Assembly (NCBI GenBank): GCA_965218095.1
Contig: OZ244587.1
Span: 3,744,001 to 3,808,000, forward strand
Length of the DNA: 64,000 nucleotides
Direction: 5' to 3'
Source of the DNA: Candidatus Poribacteria bacterium
GTDB taxonomy: Bacteria; Poribacteria; WGA-4E; PCPOR2b
A model generated the notes under the pieces. It made no database searches. It was not told the DNA's origin and saw nothing but the letters and a program-made list of their open reading frames with translations. A program made the translations under genes and the position numbers. The first letter of the stretch is position 1; every line of letters begins with the position of its first letter. Shown here one piece after another: positions 1 to 9,174 of this stretch.

Positions 1-15
1 ATTCTCCTTCGACTT

Positions 16-993
16 TCAGCTTACTGCCATCATCGCAGCGCGGCTGACAATATTTTGGGTGAGCATGACTTTATAGCCATTGTCATTCATGGGTTCAGCG
101 TTCTTCACGGCATCTATCCCTGCCTGCCTTGCAGCAGTTTCTGTAATGCGTTTACCGTTCAACGCCGCTTCAGCTTCCTTGGAGCGCCAGGGTATTGGAG
201 CGACCCCACCAAGCACGATATTCGCTGCCTGGCAGGTTGCGTCAGCCATCTCAAAGACAGCAGCGACACTTGCCAGTGCAAAGTCGAAAGAGCCCCTTTC
301 GCGGACTTTGATATAGAAGCTCTTTGTGTTCCCCTTCGGTTGTGGGATGTGGACCTCGGCAACGACTTCGTTCGGTTCGAGGACGTTTTCACGTTGCGGG
401 TTGACTTCTGGCAGAATGAAGAAATCCTCTAGCGGCATCGTCTTTTCCTCCCCTGGCCCAATAATCTTCACCGTTGCGCCGAGCGCGATTAGCGCCGGCG
501 CAACGTCAGAAGGATGGACAATATAGACAGGTCCGCCCCCGAAGATTGCATGGTACTTGTTCAATCCCTCGACTGCGTAGCATATATCGCCGCCCTTCTT
601 GAGGCAGATGATGTCCGGGTTGCGATAGTACCAGCAGCGGGGACGTTGGCACAGGTTGCCGCCAAGCGTGCCAACATTCCGAATCTGCGGTGATGCAACG
701 GAGTCCGCAGCTTCTGCAAGCACGGTATAATGTTTTTGAATCGTTGGGTGCGCAGCAATCTCCGCAAGCGTCACCAACGCACCGATTGTCAACCCGGATG
801 AATCGGCTTTGATCTCATTGAGCCCGGGGATCGTTTTGAGGTTGACTACCTTTTTCGGCGTTTCAATATACTCTTTGAGTTCACCGAGGAGATCTGTGCC
901 TCCCGCAATAATTTTCGTTTCGTCCCAATCTTCGCCCAGTAGTGAGGAAGCCTCTTCGACGCTTGTCGTGTTGATGTAAGCGAAATTTTCCAT
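16..993 (-). CDS. Xanthine dehydrogenase family FAD-binding (medium) subunit, YagS/PaoB-like
   Basis: IAGGTDL and ASPQIRNVGTLGGNLCQRPRCWYYR motifs, Cys insert CLKKGGDIC typical of PaoB/YagS. Start moved to ATG 993 (MENFAY) directly after the large-subunit stop. Confidence 0.92.
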   Translation of the reverse strand: MENFAYINTTSVEEASSLLGEDWDETKIIAGGTDLLGELKEYIETPKKVVNLKTIPGLNEIKADSSGLTIGALVTLAEIAAHPTIQKHYTVLAEAADSVASPQIRNVGTLGGNLCQRPRCWYYRNPDIICLKKGGDICYAVEGLNKYHAIFGGGPVYIVHPSDVAPALIALGATVKIIGPGEEKTMPLEDFFILPEVNPQRENVLEPNEVVAEVHIPQPKGNTKSFYIKVRERGSFDFALASVAAVFEMADATCQAANIVLGGVAPIPWRSKEAEAALNGKRITETAARQAGIDAVKNAEPMNDNGYKVMLTQNIVSRAAMMAVS

Positions 994-997
994 CTGT

Positions 998-3133
998 TTA
1001 TGCCTTTCCTTTCCCAGCAAGGGCGTTGAGTACCTTATCCGGTGTAATCGGCAGGTCTCGGATGCGGACGCCAATTGCGTTATAGACCGCATTCGCAATC
1101 GCTCCCGGTGTTGGAATGTTTGGCGGCTCACCAATTCCGGTCACCTTCCGATCGGTGTCGAAGGCAATGGCTTTAATCTCAGGAATCTCCATCGCTCCCA
1201 AGACCTTATAATCTTCCAAGTTTGGGTTAATCATCTTCCCAGTCTGGGCATCCATGATGCGGTTCTCAAGCAGGGCGTAGCCCATTCCCATGAGAATGCC
1301 GCCGTTGATTTGGCTTTCAGTCGTCAAGCGGTTCACCACCAAGCCACAGTCTTGGACTGCGACAATCTTGATGACCTTGACAAGTCCGGTTTCCGTGTCA
1401 ACTTCGACCTCGGCAAACTGTACGCCGGCGACATCGCCGATGCGGAGGTCTTCGTCCCACTCGCCGCCTTCGGAGATGGTCTCCATGCCGAGATGCCCGG
1501 TTGCTTGTTTCCATGAAATGGTCTTTGTCCGATCAGACACCACATAGATCTTCCCACCTGCCGCCCGGAGGTCTTCAGGTTGGACTTCCAGTAGTGGCGC
1601 CGTATGTTCAAAGAGCTTACCCTTGGCTGCTATCGCTGCGGTTTTCATTACCGGCGCAACAGAGCCAATCGTCTGGCTGCCCCCACTCCCGCGAGAGGGC
1701 AATCCCGGTTCGGTGTCTCCAATCTTCACCGTGATGTCTCGGGGCTGCAACCCAAGTTCTTCCGCGACGACAATCGCAATGACAGTTCGGATACCTGTAC
1801 CGATATCTTGCGTACCGGTGACTGCTTCGACAGCGCCACTTGCGTGGATAGTCACACGGACCTGCGTTCCCGCCCCGCCGCCACCGCCCCACAATCCACA
1901 GCCCATACCGATGCCACGTTTCTTAACGCCTTTTCCTGCACCGGGGACTTTATTGCGTCGGTGCCAACCGATCTCCTGTGCGCCGAGGGTGTATTCCTCC
2001 TGACGAATTTGGTTTCGACGCTCATTATTGTCCCCATTCAACCGACGAAACTCCAGCGGGTCCATGCCCAGCTTTTCAGCGAGCTCATCCATCAGCGAAT
2101 CCATCCCAAACGCACCTTGTGGGTGTCCCGGCGCGCGCATGGCGCGGGCATTCCCCGCGTTGATTGCAACAGCGAACTTTTCAGTCCGGTAGTTCGGAAC
2201 GTGATGCACATAAGGACCGGTAAAGCCAGCGCCGCCGCTGATGCCGCCTGTGCCGTAACCCCGCAGGTCGTAGGCAATTAGGCGACCATCCTTCGTCGCG
2301 CCGGCGCGGACATGCTGCGTCATTGACGGACGATTGCCAGCGACAAGGTGCTCATCTTTACGGGTTAACATCAGCTTGACGGGCGCCCCCACTTTCCGGG
2401 CAAGTTTCGCGGCGGCGATGCCTTCCACACCGGGCCCAAACTTACTCCCGAAGCCGCCGCCCATATGCTCGGTGATGACACGCACCTGATTCTCGGGTAG
2501 TTCAAAATGCTGTGCAAAATTTCGGCGTGTTCCAAATACCGCCTGCGTTGACGCCCAAACGGTCAGTTTGTCTCCGTCCCATTGGGCGACATGCCCATGG
2601 GGCTCTAAACAGACATGGGTTTGGACAGGTGCGCTGTAAGTGGCTTCAACCTCAACAGCAGCTTCAGCAAACCCCGCCTCAATATCACCGCGTTCACCAA
2701 CGCTTGGCTTCCTCTGATTTCTGGGCCAGTCTTCATTGATGTGTGGCGCATCCTCCCCCATCGCTTCTTCGACATCAACCACATACTCTAATTCGTCGTA
2801 GTCAAATCGGATTAATCGAAGCGCATCCTTTGCGATGTCGTCAGTGACAGCGGCGACAGCGGCAATCTCCTGTCCTTCATAGCGTATCCGTTTGCCCGGC
2901 TCAGTCAGCGGAATGGCGGCTTTGACACCAGGCAGGGCTTCTGCTTCGCTGAGATCGATTGCGGTAACCGTCGCATGGGCGACCGGCGACCGCAAGATCT
3001 GACCGTAAAGCATTCCAGGGTGATTGATGTCAAACGTGTACTTCGCCCTTCCTGTGACTTTATCTTTTCCTGACAAGCGCGGGATGCGTTTGCCAATTAA
3101 GCGTGAATCCTTTGCTTCTCCCCATGATGCCAT
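998..3133 (-). CDS. Xanthine dehydrogenase family molybdopterin-binding (large) subunit
   Basis: KVTGRAKY, GGGFGSK, AMRAPGHPQG, QDIGTG, QINGG and GIGEPP (catalytic Glu) motifs; 711 aa. Confidence 0.95.
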   Translation of the reverse strand: MASWGEAKDSRLIGKRIPRLSGKDKVTGRAKYTFDINHPGMLYGQILRSPVAHATVTAIDLSEAEALPGVKAAIPLTEPGKRIRYEGQEIAAVAAVTDDIAKDALRLIRFDYDELEYVVDVEEAMGEDAPHINEDWPRNQRKPSVGERGDIEAGFAEAAVEVEATYSAPVQTHVCLEPHGHVAQWDGDKLTVWASTQAVFGTRRNFAQHFELPENQVRVITEHMGGGFGSKFGPGVEGIAAAKLARKVGAPVKLMLTRKDEHLVAGNRPSMTQHVRAGATKDGRLIAYDLRGYGTGGISGGAGFTGPYVHHVPNYRTEKFAVAINAGNARAMRAPGHPQGAFGMDSLMDELAEKLGMDPLEFRRLNGDNNERRNQIRQEEYTLGAQEIGWHRRNKVPGAGKGVKKRGIGMGCGLWGGGGGAGTQVRVTIHASGAVEAVTGTQDIGTGIRTVIAIVVAEELGLQPRDITVKIGDTEPGLPSRGSGGSQTIGSVAPVMKTAAIAAKGKLFEHTAPLLEVQPEDLRAAGGKIYVVSDRTKTISWKQATGHLGMETISEGGEWDEDLRIGDVAGVQFAEVEVDTETGLVKVIKIVAVQDCGLVVNRLTTESQINGGILMGMGYALLENRIMDAQTGKMINPNLEDYKVLGAMEIPEIKAIAFDTDRKVTGIGEPPNIPTPGAIANAVYNAIGVRIRDLPITPDKVLNALAGKGKA

Positions 3134-3136
3134 TGT

Positions 3137-3778
3137 CTAACCTCCCATCTTACGCGACGCCGTTTTAACCGCCTCAAAGATAAAGGGATAGGTACCACAG
3201 CGGCAGATGTTGCCCGCCAATCCCATTTTAATCTCGTCAAAGCTCGGACTTGGGTTCTGATCTAACAACGATTTCGCAGCCACGACAAAGCCAGGTGTGC
3301 AGAAACCGCACATTAGGGCGTCGTGTTGGACAAACGCTTCTTGAACGGGATGCAACTGATCGCCGTTGGCAAGCCCCTCCACTGTCGTAATCTGCTTCCC
3401 TTGGGCATCAGTGGCAAGCATCATACAAGAGTAGACAGCTTTTCCATTAACTTGCACCGTGCATCCACCGCACTCACCACGATCGCAGATGGGCTTTGCG
3501 CCGGTCAGATCTATGCGTTTGCCGTTGGTGTTGAAGCCGTCTCGCAAGATACTCAACAACGTCGTGCGCGGTTCGACTTCAACTTCATAGTTTTTGCTGT
3601 TAATATTGAGCTTGATTTTGGTGCGGGTGATTTCTTCACCCATCTGGGCTTCCACCGCCGTCTCCGCACCAACGAAAACAGTCGGTGCAACGCTTGCGGC
3701 GATCGCGCCGGTGCTCACACCTTTCAGGAAACTCCGCCGCGATATGGGGGTTCCCTTTTGGTCTTTTTCTTTTGACAT
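3137..3778 (-). CDS. 2Fe-2S small subunit with Tat signal, YagT/PaoA-like
   Basis: SRRSFLK twin-arginine motif; CDRGECGGC, CGFCTPG and CRC 2Fe-2S ligands; AGGAGAG RBS upstream. Confidence 0.95.
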   Translation of the reverse strand: MSKEKDQKGTPISRRSFLKGVSTGAIAASVAPTVFVGAETAVEAQMGEEITRTKIKLNINSKNYEVEVEPRTTLLSILRDGFNTNGKRIDLTGAKPICDRGECGGCTVQVNGKAVYSCMMLATDAQGKQITTVEGLANGDQLHPVQEAFVQHDALMCGFCTPGFVVAAKSLLDQNPSPSFDEIKMGLAGNICRCGTYPFIFEAVKTASRKMGG

Positions 3779-4180
3779 GCTCTCCTCCTAACTAGAGTCG
3801 TCAGCTTACGATTTGAGTTATTCAGTTTCCATTTGTGTCAACTTAACGGAAACGACTCAGACTTCCGAAGTTTTGACACTAGATCTGATAACCTGAAACC
3901 TTGCCAGATCTGTCAAGGCCAAAAGTGTCGTGCAGCCTACAGATTCGTTAACGCTCGGCACGTACGATCAAACCTCTCGCGAAGGAAAAACCTGCTCTGC
4001 TACGACAAGCGACTCGGCCCAAAATGGCGACCATTGCCGTGACGGTTGGTGCTACGTCTGCATCGGCAGTGAGCAATGCCGCCGGTGGCACGAATACATG
4101 TGTTCGAGGGGAGTGTCCACCTGCTCGCAATATAACAAGTTGTTTCCCCACGCGTTACATATTTGTCGTCATTGTTTCTT

Positions 4181-7100
4181 CTAGCGCGCAAGCTTCTCAG
4201 TCGTAGGTTCCATCTGTGAAATCCAATCGCGCAACAGTTGTATAGCTTGGCGATCGACCACCGAAGTCGCCAGGGGCGGCATTTGGCCGGCGCCTCGACG
4301 CAACACACGATGGTAAATAATCGAACGGTCGGGGCTGCCGGGCGCAATGAGCATCGCGTTGGAGATTCCAAATGTGTCGTGCTGCGGGCGGACACCGAAG
4401 GTGTAGGTTTTATCCCGCTCTGCGGTGAACTCCAGCACGATATGCGCGTTGCCTCCCCCTGTGTGGACATGGCAATTTGCGCAGGCAGCATGCAGATAAG
4501 AACGGGCCCTCGCGTCAAGGGATTCTTGAGGGTTGTACGGATTAACCAGCTTGGGGTACTCCTCCGGGCGCTTCGGCAGCGGCTTGGTGAAAATGCCAAG
4601 ATGATCTAGCGTCCGAAGTTGGTTGTCGGATACGCCACCATAATCATGCGTCTTGTTCATTTGCATTGTGTTGAGCCCCAACACATAGTTGGCTGCGCGG
4701 CTGTGGCAGACCATACACTCAACCCGGCTGGGATAGCGCCAGATCTGTTCCCGACTCCCTTCAGGGGACTTTGAATCCTGAATCGTAAGGATACGATCCA
4801 TTCCATCAGCCGCCACAAGCGTCGCATCGGTCTGCTCGTCATTCCAGACATAGGAATATCCCACCCACTCGTTCTGCTGTCGGGTGAGCAACCGCGTTTC
4901 AATCCGATGCCTAGAGGTTGCTTTGAATCGAGATTGCTCTGAATCCTCGACGCTTCGTCGGGATGCAATCGGGGCAGGATTTCCTGCTTCCAGATCGAGC
5001 GCAAAGGTTTGAACCAGGACCGTCCCATCGGGAAAGGTCCACCCATGCGATGTCGTGAAGTCGATCTGGGAATCGCCCGGAAGCCCAATGAACCGCTCCA
5101 TGTGTGCACCATCAGCCCACAACGGCGCGTTGACCGAGTAGGGAATCAGCCCTGGAACGGTCTGATGATCTTTGACCGATGCGAACAAGCCAGTTCCACT
5201 CAGTCGAGTGGGGAATTTTGCGGTCAGTTCGTCTTTGGGTTTATGCTCCAACTGAAAGATTCCGCTGGCGAGATCTGCGATTAATATCTCGTCGTTGTGG
5301 TCAATCCCAAAGCTCACAATCTGCAGCGTCGTGTCGGCGATTTCCCTGTGCCAGATAATCCGCTCCCCATTGTGACGTAACGCCCAAATCTTGCCGGTCG
5401 CGTAGTCACCATAGATATAGGCGCCACGCAGCTCTGGAAACTTCGATCCGTAGTACACAACCCCACCGGTGATGGAGCGAGATTCGGAGTGGGGATGTTC
5501 GACCGTTGGCTTGACGATGGGCGTAGGGCCAGGTTTTCGGTTCAGGAAGAACGGATGGCTACCTTCGTAGAGACTCCAACCGTAGTTATCCCCACGACGA
5601 ACAAGGTGAATCATCTCCCACTGATCTTGCCCGACATTTCCCACCCAAAGATGTCCTGTTTCTTGATCAAAGGTCATACGCCAGGGATTGCGGATACCGT
5701 AGGCCCAGATTTCGGGTCGTGCGCCTTCAAAGCCGATGAAAGGGTTGTCGGCGGGGACCGAATAAGCTCGTCCTGCTTCGGGATGATCGACGTCGATCCG
5801 CATGATCGTCGCAAGCACATTGCTTATATCTTGGCCCTTGGGTTCTCTGTCATAACTTCCGGGCTGGCCGGTGAGGTTTGTATCGGAGTCCATGGCGCCG
5901 TCGCCCGCAGCAATGTAGAGGAATCCATCGGGACCAAACGCCAGATCGCCGCCATTGTGGTTGTTCGACTGCCACTCCATGATAATCGGCTCAGAATGCT
6001 TGTCACAGTGATACGGCGGCTGACGCTCGACACTGCATCGCGATATACGGTTCTTTGTTTCTGTAACTTTTCCACCCTTGGGCCCGTTGCTGACGACATA
6101 AAGGTCGCCGTTCTTTTCGTAATCAGGATGGAATGTCAAGCCATAGGTCTCGCGGCCCGTGTCGAAAAGGAGTTCGGCCTCATCAACCTCCGGATCATCC
6201 GTGAAGCGACGAATCTTACCGCCTAGCTCTATCACCAGGAGTTGGTCTGTACCCGGTTCGCGCTCAATGTACACCGGTTGATCCAATTTCAGTTTGGTGA
6301 ACGTCTGTTTGGGGTGCAATGACAATGGCGGGCCGGTTTCCGCCGTTTTGCCGGTCAGGGTTGATAAAAACGCGAGTAAATCATAATACTCAGCGACCGA
6401 CAGTATCTGTGAGTAGTTGGTCGGCATCGGGGAAGTAACATTGAGTCGTTTACCCAAAGCACGACTATACTCCGGATCGCCGGCGAGGTCTTCGTACTTG
6501 TCGAAGGTTCGTTCGCTGCCATCAATTTTTAAGGTAATTTCAGCCTCGTTTTCAGAGATGAGCTCTCCAACAATCGGTTCATCATTATATGGGGTCACAA
6601 TCGCCTGGACCTTCACATTCGATTTTGACACCGTTTGCACCCCATCCCCAACCTTGAGTGTGATGTTTTTGTCAGTCGCTTCAATGAGATCGCCGCTTAT
6701 CGGCGTTGTGGAATCAGCAGGCATGACCTGAATCCAAAAATATCCCTTTTCCTTTAGATTGACCAACGCCTCGATAGGTTCGGGGTCAAGTTCGCTCAAT
6801 AGAATGGCCCTTTCCGTTTCAGCCCCGTTAGCTCCTTTGATACGCAGAACGATTTTTTCGTTATCCCCGATAAGATCGGGATTCAAATTGCTCTGAATCC
6901 TCGATGCTTCATCGGGAGCAACCTGCGAGACGAGCGTTCCTTGAATCACAGCGCCGCCTGTTCGCACAGTTGCTAGACCGTATCCGCGCACAATTCCGGC
7001 ATTTGGTTTAAGGATTGATTCTTCGATATAACGGACACTATTTAATGTGGCAATATCCGTTAAATCAGGCCCCAGAACAATTTCAACCCCCTCGTCAAGG

Positions 7101-7924
7101 CGCTGATTGACTGGTTTTTCAATCCCATCGACATTGTGGCATGCAATACATTTTGCAGTATTGACGAAGACATTTTTGCCGCGCTCGATATCGCCGGCAA
7201 GAACGGGTGGACGCGCCTCCATCTCCTTTGCAACACTTTGTATATCAATGAAAGGTTCAAACGGCGTCAGATCTACCTCTCCTCCCTGGCTCTGAAGGAA
7301 CGCGATGACAGCTTCAATCTCCAAATTCGATAAACTGATCGGGGGCTTCCAGGCCGGCATCATAGTTTTGCCATAACCAGGGACAAGGAATGCGTCCGGG
7401 GCATATAGGGACTCAATGAGATACGCTTTCGACCCCATGTCCGGTTTCGGCTTCGCCGAGAATCCCGCGAAGCGGGGCTTTCGTGTCGCGGCTCTCGCCC
7501 CGATATCCGTGAGATCAGGGCCTCTACTCTTCGGCGCCGAGGGATTCAGCGTGTGACAGGAGTAGCACGTCCCCTTTCCGTTAAAGATTGCTTTCCCTGC
7601 TTCGACAAATGCCTCTGGCTTACGTTCTATGCTTGAAAGATTGACTTGCGTTTCAGGTACGATGCTATCGGCGTCAGGAAACCCCACAACGTGGGATGTC
7701 GTCCACGGAATGCGCCGATCAATTCCGTAAGGTTTCTGGTTCTCCGTGTTTTTGCCGGAAGACGCTTCTCCATGGTTGTCCGACATCAGCATAACACCTA
7801 CCCCAAACGCCAAAAGCACACCGGCGACCGTACAGAAACGGGCAAGACGCAAAACATGCCTGGCAATTTGCCGTCCATCGCGGAGGCTGGCAGGTCGGAG
7901 AAGCATAAAACCGATGATAGGCAT
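4181..7924 (-). CDS. Multiheme cytochrome c / PQQ-dependent glucose-sorbosone dehydrogenase (GSDH) fusion protein
   Basis: Four CxxCH motifs (CYSCH, CIACH, CMVCH, CANCH); GSDH motifs HNGGDLAFGPDGFLYI, EIWAYGIRNPWR, SITGG; C-terminal YSVNAPLWADGA...MPPLA region. Start placed at ATG 7924 (GAGGT RBS) because the track start 7966 lies inside the predicted promoter. Confidence 0.88.
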   Translation of the reverse strand: MPIIGFMLLRPASLRDGRQIARHVLRLARFCTVAGVLLAFGVGVMLMSDNHGEASSGKNTENQKPYGIDRRIPWTTSHVVGFPDADSIVPETQVNLSSIERKPEAFVEAGKAIFNGKGTCYSCHTLNPSAPKSRGPDLTDIGARAATRKPRFAGFSAKPKPDMGSKAYLIESLYAPDAFLVPGYGKTMMPAWKPPISLSNLEIEAVIAFLQSQGGEVDLTPFEPFIDIQSVAKEMEARPPVLAGDIERGKNVFVNTAKCIACHNVDGIEKPVNQRLDEGVEIVLGPDLTDIATLNSVRYIEESILKPNAGIVRGYGLATVRTGGAVIQGTLVSQVAPDEASRIQSNLNPDLIGDNEKIVLRIKGANGAETERAILLSELDPEPIEALVNLKEKGYFWIQVMPADSTTPISGDLIEATDKNITLKVGDGVQTVSKSNVKVQAIVTPYNDEPIVGELISENEAEITLKIDGSERTFDKYEDLAGDPEYSRALGKRLNVTSPMPTNYSQILSVAEYYDLLAFLSTLTGKTAETGPPLSLHPKQTFTKLKLDQPVYIEREPGTDQLLVIELGGKIRRFTDDPEVDEAELLFDTGRETYGLTFHPDYEKNGDLYVVSNGPKGGKVTETKNRISRCSVERQPPYHCDKHSEPIIMEWQSNNHNGGDLAFGPDGFLYIAAGDGAMDSDTNLTGQPGSYDREPKGQDISNVLATIMRIDVDHPEAGRAYSVPADNPFIGFEGARPEIWAYGIRNPWRMTFDQETGHLWVGNVGQDQWEMIHLVRRGDNYGWSLYEGSHPFFLNRKPGPTPIVKPTVEHPHSESRSITGGVVYYGSKFPELRGAYIYGDYATGKIWALRHNGERIIWHREIADTTLQIVSFGIDHNDEILIADLASGIFQLEHKPKDELTAKFPTRLSGTGLFASVKDHQTVPGLIPYSVNAPLWADGAHMERFIGLPGDSQIDFTTSHGWTFPDGTVLVQTFALDLEAGNPAPIASRRSVEDSEQSRFKATSRHRIETRLLTRQQNEWVGYSYVWNDEQTDATLVAADGMDRILTIQDSKSPEGSREQIWRYPSRVECMVCHSRAANYVLGLNTMQMNKTHDYGGVSDNQLRTLDHLGIFTKPLPKRPEEYPKLVNPYNPQESLDARARSYLHAACANCHVHTGGGNAHIVLEFTAERDKTYTFGVRPQHDTFGISNAMLIAPGSPDRSIIYHRVLRRGAGQMPPLATSVVDRQAIQLLRDWISQMEPTTEKLAR
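4916..4972 (-). repeat. Nested micro-insertion (27-bp unit containing a 30-bp unit at 4932-4961), in frame, +19 aa
   Basis: Minus strand gCC[CCGATTGCATC{CCGACGAAGCGTCGAGGATTCAGAGCAATC}TCGATTCAAAGCAACC]tct; removal gives NPA-SRHRIETRL. Confidence 0.85.
5837..5869. repeat. 33-bp in-frame insertion flanked by TGGCC direct repeats
   Basis: TGGCC at 5832-5836 and 5865-5869; protein TGQ[PGSYDREPKGQ]DIS. Confidence 0.6.
6867..6923 (+). repeat. Nested micro-insertion (27-bp unit containing an inverted 30-bp unit at 6886-6915), in frame, +19 aa
   Basis: tCC[CCGATAAGATCGGGATTCA{AATTGCTCTGAATCCTCGATGCTTCATCGG}GAGCAACC]tg; removal gives LVSQ-DNEKIV. Confidence 0.88.
7443..7475 (-). repeat. 33-bp double-hairpin micro-insertion, in frame, +11 aa
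   Basis: Minus strand gCC[CCGCTTCGCGGGATTCTCGGCGAAGCCGAAACC]gg; removal gives ATRKP-DMGSK. Confidence 0.78.
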
Positions 7925-7956
7925 CGCAAAAACCTCGATAAAAGATTGACAAGCAC

Positions 7957-7985
7957 AATTTATCACATTTCATCATTTCCGTCAA
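7957..7985 (-). promoter_or_regulatory. Putative sigma70 promoter of the cytochrome/GSDH gene
   Basis: Minus strand TTGACG-17 nt-TAAATT with TGn extension. Confidence 0.6.
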
Positions 7986-8011
7986 GCAAAAATTCTCCCT
8001 TTTCTTTTAAC

Positions 8012-8041
8012 TTGACGCTGCAACTTAAAGTGTGATAAACT
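8012..8041 (+). promoter_or_regulatory. Putative sigma70 promoter of the DUF1326-like gene (back-to-back with the previous one)
   Basis: TTGACG-18 nt-TAAACT with TGn extension. Confidence 0.55.
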
Positions 8042-8117
8042 CCCCTAACAAGACGCACATGCAGCCATTTGTGTGTGGATGCTCACTTTTAAATCTGATA
8101 TTCAGAAGGGAGATAAG

Positions 8118-8771
8118 ATGATGACTAAGGTAACCCTGACGGCAATTGCGCTTTTACTGACCGTAGCCGGTGCATTGGCTACGCAACCCGAAACCGTGCA
8201 GGGCGAGTATTTGGAAGCCCGATCTGTCAGTGTCTATGTCGGGGCATGCCACTACGGGGCTGAGTACGTCGAAGGCGGCAGGGAGGCAACCCTCGTTTGG
8301 AATATCCGCCAAGGGACCTGGAAAGGTATCTCACTGAAGGGATTGACCGTTGTTGCAGTGGTCACAGCACAGAACAATCTTGCGATTGATACCAACACAC
8401 GTCGCAGCGTCCTATATGTCGATGAAAAGGCGACATCGGAACAGCGTACCGCCTTAGTAGATCTGATGACCGAGAAACGCAGTGAACTCCTCGGCGAGGT
8501 CGTTAGCACGGAGAGCGCGCCAATCACTTTCACTAAGGAAGGTGTGAAATATGATCTGCGGGTTGGGAAGGTGCTAACACTATCCGTTTCGCGCTACCCT
8601 TGCCAAAACTGTACCCAGCCGCACCAGATCTGGTACAAGCCGCTGGAACAACTTGATACCCCTATCGTCGGTAAATCAACCTCCTATTGCTATCAAGACA
8701 AAATTCTCTCCGTCACTTGGAATTGTGGTGAGGACACGAACAACGTTTTCGTTGGAGATTTTGCAATGTAG
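8118..8771 (+). CDS. Secreted DUF1326-like protein
   Basis: Signal peptide MMTKVTLTAIALLLTVAGALA; GEYLEARSVSVYVGACHYGAE motif; GGGAGA RBS. Confidence 0.7.
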   Translation: MMTKVTLTAIALLLTVAGALATQPETVQGEYLEARSVSVYVGACHYGAEYVEGGREATLVWNIRQGTWKGISLKGLTVVAVVTAQNNLAIDTNTRRSVLYVDEKATSEQRTALVDLMTEKRSELLGEVVSTESAPITFTKEGVKYDLRVGKVLTLSVSRYPCQNCTQPHQIWYKPLEQLDTPIVGKSTSYCYQDKILSVTWNCGEDTNNVFVGDFAM

Positions 8772-8826
8772 AAATTAGGAGGTAGGAGAGGCTCATGTCG
8801 AAAGAATCAGTGCAGAGTAGCTCAGA

Positions 8827-8859
8827 GAAACCGAGTTTTTGGCAAAAACTCGGTTTCTT
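8827..8859. repeat. REP-like palindrome, possible terminator; related copy near 12272-12304
   Basis: AGAAACCGAGTTTTTG-G-CAAAAACTCGGTTTCT perfect stem; AGAAACCGAATGTTTCAGAAAAACTCGATTTCT at about 12272. Confidence 0.7.
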
Positions 8860-9174
8860 TGTACTATTTCTTAACATGAGCAATAGGAGATAAGATAGAT
8901 GGCGATAAAGGCGATAAAGGTATCACTAATCAATATGAAAGGCGGAGTTGGGAAAACAACGCTTGCCGTGAATCTTGCTTGGCAATTCGCTGCTGATGCT
9001 GATATGAACGGATGGGGAAAAAGGGTCTTGCTGGTTGACCTTGACCCCCAGTTTAATGCAAGCCAATATGTGCTTGGTGGCCGCCGGTATAAGGAAAGTA
9101 TCCATGAAGCAAAAGCACCGACAGTTCAGCACATATTTGAGGCACGCGAAACTCCATTAGATCATAACTTAGTT

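Noticed and set aside
3833-4184. Short Cys-rich ORFs between the molybdoenzyme operon and the GSDH gene
   Set aside because: No RBS or recognisable family in any frame; possibly a decayed fragment.
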